From: an uncultured virus (IMG/VR IMGVR_UViG_2690315711_000004) | Lineage: Duplodnaviria > Heunggongvirae > Uroviricota > Caudoviricetes | Length of the DNA: 31,546 nt | Virus record (IMG/VR): IMGVR_UViG_2690315711_000004 | Direction: 5' to 3' (one strand) | The notes under the pieces: generated by a model | What the model was told of the DNA's origin: nothing | What the model saw: only the letters and a program-made list of their open reading frames with translations | Database searches by the model: none | Part shown: in pieces, positions 28,342 to 31,546 of the stretch | Layout of the letters: every line of letters starts with the position of its first letter | How positions within the stretch are numbered: position 1 is the first letter of the stretch | Position numbers and translations under genes: made by a program

Positions 28342-28574
28342 TGCTAATCTCCTTCTTGTATGAGCTCTCTATTGTGAGCGAATAAACGAAACTTACTAAC
28401 GCGCAGGCCTCGTCAGATACCACCTTTGGCGATTTTTCTATGGCCACAGCGGAAATTGTTGCCACACCCCAAGCCCCGCCTATCGGGGCTAGTCCAGCGA
28501 AAAGAAGCGCCTTTACCTAGCTTGGCCTGACCGACTTTCGTTGGTAGCGGGATGATCCGGGCTGCAGGTTTCGG

Positions 28575-28709
28575 TGCTGGTTGTTGACGTTCAACTTCGG
28601 ACGTAACAACTGGCATATTGAGGCGTTCTTTATAAGCGACACCTGAGGCGGCTAAATCGACATTGATTTTGTCTTTTTTTTCTTGAGATAAGTTCGCAAG
28701 GTTTCTCAT
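28575..28709 (-). pseudogene. holE: Phage-borne DNA polymerase III theta homolog (HolE/Hot), truncated after 45 aa; frame runs on into the insert to 28413
   Basis: [45 protein letters not shown] aligns with E. coli theta N-terminus ([22 protein letters not shown]...VEREQP); last helix missing. Confidence 0.88.
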
Positions 28710-28865
28710 TCTATAAGCTATATTAATGAATTGTAGAATAAGTATAGCATAGGAATAGGGCGAGGATTGAACTTTAACTATGGTAAATCTGATGTGGGTT
28801 TTACACCAAGCAAATTCCAAGTATAAGAAAATCAACCATTACTGGTTGTTTTTCTTAAATAAAAA

Positions 28866-28917
28866 TGGTCGGCATGATAGGATTTGAACCTACGACCCCA
28901 GACTCCCCATGACAGTG
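28866..28917 (-). pseudogene. proL: 3' half of tRNA-Pro(GGG), att-site remnant
   Basis: Reverse complement CACTGTCATGGGGAGTCTGGGGTCGTAGGTTCAAATCCTATCATGCCGACCA: anticodon region, T arm, CCA; no 5' half. Confidence 0.85.
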
Positions 28918-28934
28918 TATAATATAATATTAAT

Positions 28935-29744
28935 TTAAGGCTTTTTTAAACTTGATGGGTAAGGGGGACGCTGGTTAATATATTGAAAAATAAATACACA
29001 TATCACGGAAAAGCCCATAATACGCATCACCCATGGAGAACTACTATCTCTAACGGGGCGGGGTGTAGAAATAAAAGCCTCTGGAGAGGCGAATGAGTAA
29101 ATAATCATTAATAGGATCATTATTGGAAACAATAGTGACAACAATAAAAGAATTACATCTAATGCTTTTTTACTAAAAGTTTTTTGGGATTTTTTCTTTT
29201 TTCTTGATAGTTTTTTCTGTTTACTAAAGATAGATTTTACACCTATTAGTTTTCCTTTCTCCCTAACATCGTTTTTATCTCCAGTATGGAGAATTTCTAT
29301 TCTAGCACCTTCATTTTTTTCAATAAAATCAAAATCAATAAGAATACAATTAGGATATTCACTGTCAGTCTTTAGCTCTATATTATTAATAGGATTGTTT
29401 GATGCTACGACTTGATAACGCAATAATTGAATTTCCCTGCTAAGCTCAATTCTTAGAGGTTCTTTAGTAGCTAATGCACTTTTTGTTATAACAGAGTTAC
29501 CCGAATTCCAAATAACAAATTCAGAAGAAGATACACTTTCTACTAATGAGCCATCATACATTACACTTATTTGCTGTGGTAGGCTCGAGTGGTTTTTATT
29601 TATGAGGTTTGAAAATTCATGGCAGCTAGAGATTTTATAAACTTTACGAGTTAAAACATAAATAAAAATGGCTATAAGAATACCAATGATCCCAATCACT
29701 GTACCCAGCGCGGAATTTGATAAAATATTATTAACTGTATCCAC
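28935..29744 (-). CDS. AT-rich membrane protein (N-terminal TM, beta-rich soluble domain, Lys-rich linker, two C-terminal TMs)
   Basis: 269-aa ORF, GTG start with GGAG SD; three hydrophobic segments. Confidence 0.8.
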   Translation of the reverse strand: MDTVNNILSNSALGTVIGIIGILIAIFIYVLTRKVYKISSCHEFSNLINKNHSSLPQQISVMYDGSLVESVSSSEFVIWNSGNSVITKSALATKEPLRIELSREIQLLRYQVVASNNPINNIELKTDSEYPNCILIDFDFIEKNEGARIEILHTGDKNDVREKGKLIGVKSIFSKQKKLSRKKKKSQKTFSKKALDVILLLLSLLFPIMILLMIIYSFASPEAFISTPRPVRDSSSPWVMRIMGFSVICVFIFQYINQRPPYPSSLKKP

Positions 29745-29760
29745 TCTTGGTCTCCAATAT

Positions 29761-29789
29761 AAAAAAGGCTCACCGAAGTGAGCCTTTTT
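29761..29789. terminator. Bidirectional intrinsic terminator
   Basis: AAAAAAGGCTCAC-CGAA-GTGAGCCTTTTT. Confidence 0.85.
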
Positions 29790-29916
29790 GAACTCGAAAT
29801 AATCCGCGTACGATTTGCGTATGATTTAGAGTCCTATCTGTGTCAGTGTGTAGTCCTGATGATTTCGCTAACTTCTTGTTTTTGAAATCGTTGTCCTATC
29901 ACTGACCCACCAAATT

Positions 29917-29947
29917 TGGTGGAGCTGGCGGGAGTTGAACCCGCATC
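29917..29947 (-). pseudogene. ssrA: 3' end of tmRNA, att-site remnant
   Basis: Reverse complement GATGCGGGTTCAACTCCCGCCAGCTCCACCA matches the enterobacterial ssrA 3' end; rest of the gene absent. Confidence 0.88.
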
Positions 29948-29956
29948 TAAATAATT

Positions 29957-30625
29957 TTAATTGGTTGATGGTTTTGGTATGTTTGCTGTATATAGAATAT
30001 TTCTAAATTCATTTTCTACAGCCTCACGAGCTTTTGTCATATTACCATTTATTTCTTCAAATAATTTTTGTAATTCAGGATTAATACTTGCTGATTTATT
30101 TTCATTAGTACTACTAGCTATACGAGCTTGATTTAATGCTTTCATAGCTGAATAATGAAATTTTGAGAGTATTTTTGATGTTTCATAAGAGAAATAAATT
30201 TTATTTTTTTCATATTGTTCTATGAATTTATCAAGTTTAGGTAAGGCTAATTCATATGCTATATGTATAGATGGAGTTGGTCTACCAAAATAATCAGGAC
30301 GAATGGTAGTATAAACTACTTCATGTAGTTCAACCATTAATTTATATATATTATCAATTACGTCAGCTCGCCTTTCAATAAGATTTGCGTGGCTCAATTA
30401 TGTAGCGTATCTTTCTATAGTTAAATTATGTTCATTTATCTGTTTTATAATAGTATTTTGTATATCAAATGCTTTTAAGTTTTCATCATTTTTATGTTTA
30501 TTTTTTAAATTAATACTATCTCTTAAAACGCTTGCTACAAATCCGCCTAAAGAAAGTAATGCAATAGCTATTGTTCCAGCTACTATTCCATAATTTTCTA
30601 TTGTTAATTTTATTAAGTTATCCAT
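29957..30625 (-). pseudogene. Membrane-anchored helical cargo protein split by one in-frame TAA
   Basis: ORFs 30398-30625 and 29957-30397 are contiguous and in the same frame (...ERYAT*LSHANLIERRAD...). Confidence 0.75.
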
Positions 30626-30806
30626 TGTAATATTTCCTTCTCTATTTTAATTAGATTAATTATATATTTTTATATGTGGTTATCAAAATCAATAAAAGCA
30701 TGATGATAATCAACTAGTTATAAAAAGGCATAACCATCGTCTTTTAGGTCTATGAAGAGTAAATATGATTTAATAAACAAATAATTAATAATAGTTGATT
30801 TATATA

Positions 30807-30971
30807 ATGCTACGCCATATGGGTTGGACAGAAGCCGCTGACTTAATCATTAAAGGTATGGAAGGCGCGATTGAAGCGAAGACCGTTACTTATGATTTCG
30901 AACGTCTAATGGACGGCGCTAAATTGCTGAAATGTAGCGAGTTTGGTGACGCGATTATCAAACATATGTAA
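30807..30971 (+). pseudogene. icd: Isocitrate dehydrogenase 3' fragment (icdC-like), probable attR
   Basis: [54 protein letters not shown] is the Icd C-terminus; upstream DNA is non-coding and AT-rich. Confidence 0.93.
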
Positions 30972-30992
30972 TTGTTGATTTGATAAATAGTT

Positions 30993-31024
30993 AACGGGAG
31001 CTTATTAGTTCCCGTTTGTTTTTT
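30993..31024 (+). terminator. Terminator after the icd fragment
   Basis: AACGGGAGCT-TATT-AGTTCCCGTT followed by a T-rich run. Confidence 0.75.
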
Positions 31025-31336
31025 GTACTATAAAATTCTTCCCCAAACCCCCACCAAAACTATTCCCCAAAACAGTACAATTAAAAATGTGGATTATCTG
31101 AAGTGATTTCTGAGAACAATGCGTGGTGTGTGAATTTAATTGATACTATTCAAGGTAATTCAGCAGAATATAAGCTCTATGTATTTGTGAAGTATTCTTA
31201 TCATATTTCACTTCATCCTCAAAAATGGGGAATTCAAATTTATCATAAAGATGTTATTACACACGCTTGAAGCCAAAGACCGCTTAATTTATTAGAGGGA
31301 AATAACTTTGTACTCACAGGAAATAATTGGAATGGC

Positions 31337-31546
31337 GTGGATGTCGGTTTTCCTTGTGCGGTATTAATCACAACAATAGGGCAGATTGGTATGATGGATT
31401 CGATGGGAGGAAAAACGATTAGAGTAATTCTTTGTGGGCGAGGTAACCGTATTATTCCTCATTCCATGATAGTGGCGGGACAAATGTCAACAACCTCACT
31501 AGGTAAGCAGTATTTTTATATTGATGTAAGGGAGTATGGTGGGTGA
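31337..31546 (+). CDS. Hypothetical ORF or gene remnant
   Basis: Frame is open from 31271 to 31546 but has no convincing start or SD; possibly a degraded gene. Confidence 0.3.
   Translation: MDVGFPCAVLITTIGQIGMMDSMGGKTIRVILCGRGNRIIPHSMIVAGQMSTTSLGKQYFYIDVREYGG

Larger units (their letters stand above)
27646..28574 (-). other. GC-rich foreign cassette (about 50-65% GC in sampled lines versus AT-rich flanks)
   Basis: Abrupt composition shift; right junction interrupts the theta homolog, left junction falls at the fibre gene end; no transposase or TIRs seen; junctions approximate. Confidence 0.8.
1..30971 (+). mobile_element. Lambdoid HK97-like prophage, right part (left end outside window), probably integrated in icd
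   Basis: Canonical nin-Q-lysis-HNH-terminase-portal-protease-capsid-tail order; ends at a promoterless icd 3' fragment. Confidence 0.93.

Noticed and set aside
28405..28420. CUGACGAG (minus strand) as a hammerhead ribozyme core
   Set aside because: I could not find a stem II partner closing onto a GAAA in any permutation; an Infernal search would settle it
28172..28465. 97-aa minus ORF overlapping the start of the 222-aa gene
   Set aside because: GTG start without a clear SD; the 222-aa ORF has the strong RBS
27646..28574. IS/MITE or viroid-like rod element as origin of the GC-rich block
   Set aside because: No transposase, terminal inverted repeats, exact target duplication or end-to-end self-complementarity visible
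28710..28860. LexA box or DinI identity for the small minus-strand gene
   Set aside because: No CTGT-N8-ACAG seen; the sequence matches Pol III theta rather than DinI
28866..29947. Functional tRNA-Pro and tmRNA genes
   Set aside because: Only 3' fragments are present; acceptor 5' strand, D arm and tmRNA body are missing
1..31546. CRISPR array
   Set aside because: No regularly spaced repeat-spacer structure seen; repeats found are short coding or att-arm types

Overview
Right-hand ~31 kb of a lambdoid, HK97-like (cos-type, long non-contractile tail) prophage in an AT-rich enterobacterium (Proteus-like; host is an inference). On the + strand: nin-like region (phage adenine MTase 3' end, wHTH protein, RusA, KilA-N protein, DUF968), late antiterminator Q with pR'/tR', a second DNA MTase, lysis cassette (dual-start holin, SAR endolysin, small membrane ORF, Rz/Rz1), HNH nuclease, cos region, terminase, portal, protease, capsid, head-tail genes, tail tube, frameshifted tail chaperones, tape measure, tail-tip genes, J-like protein and tail fibre. 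The prophage ends at a displaced 3' fragment of icd (probable attR, phage 21/e14 style). The most unusual item is a ~930 bp GC-rich foreign cassette (about 27646-28574). It encodes a 222-aa orphan with a hydrophobic helix and a very acidic Gly/Asp/Pro repeat tail, has no transposase, truncates a phage DNA Pol III theta (HolE/Hot) gene and probably clips the tail fibre gene end. Next to it is a stack of three integration-site remnants (tRNA-Pro 3' half, tmRNA 3' end, icd 3' end) that bracket AT-rich membrane-protein cargo genes. Several other morons and candidate RNA structures, including an H-type pseudoknot over a moron RBS, are noted. All assignments come from motif recognition by eye; no searches were run.
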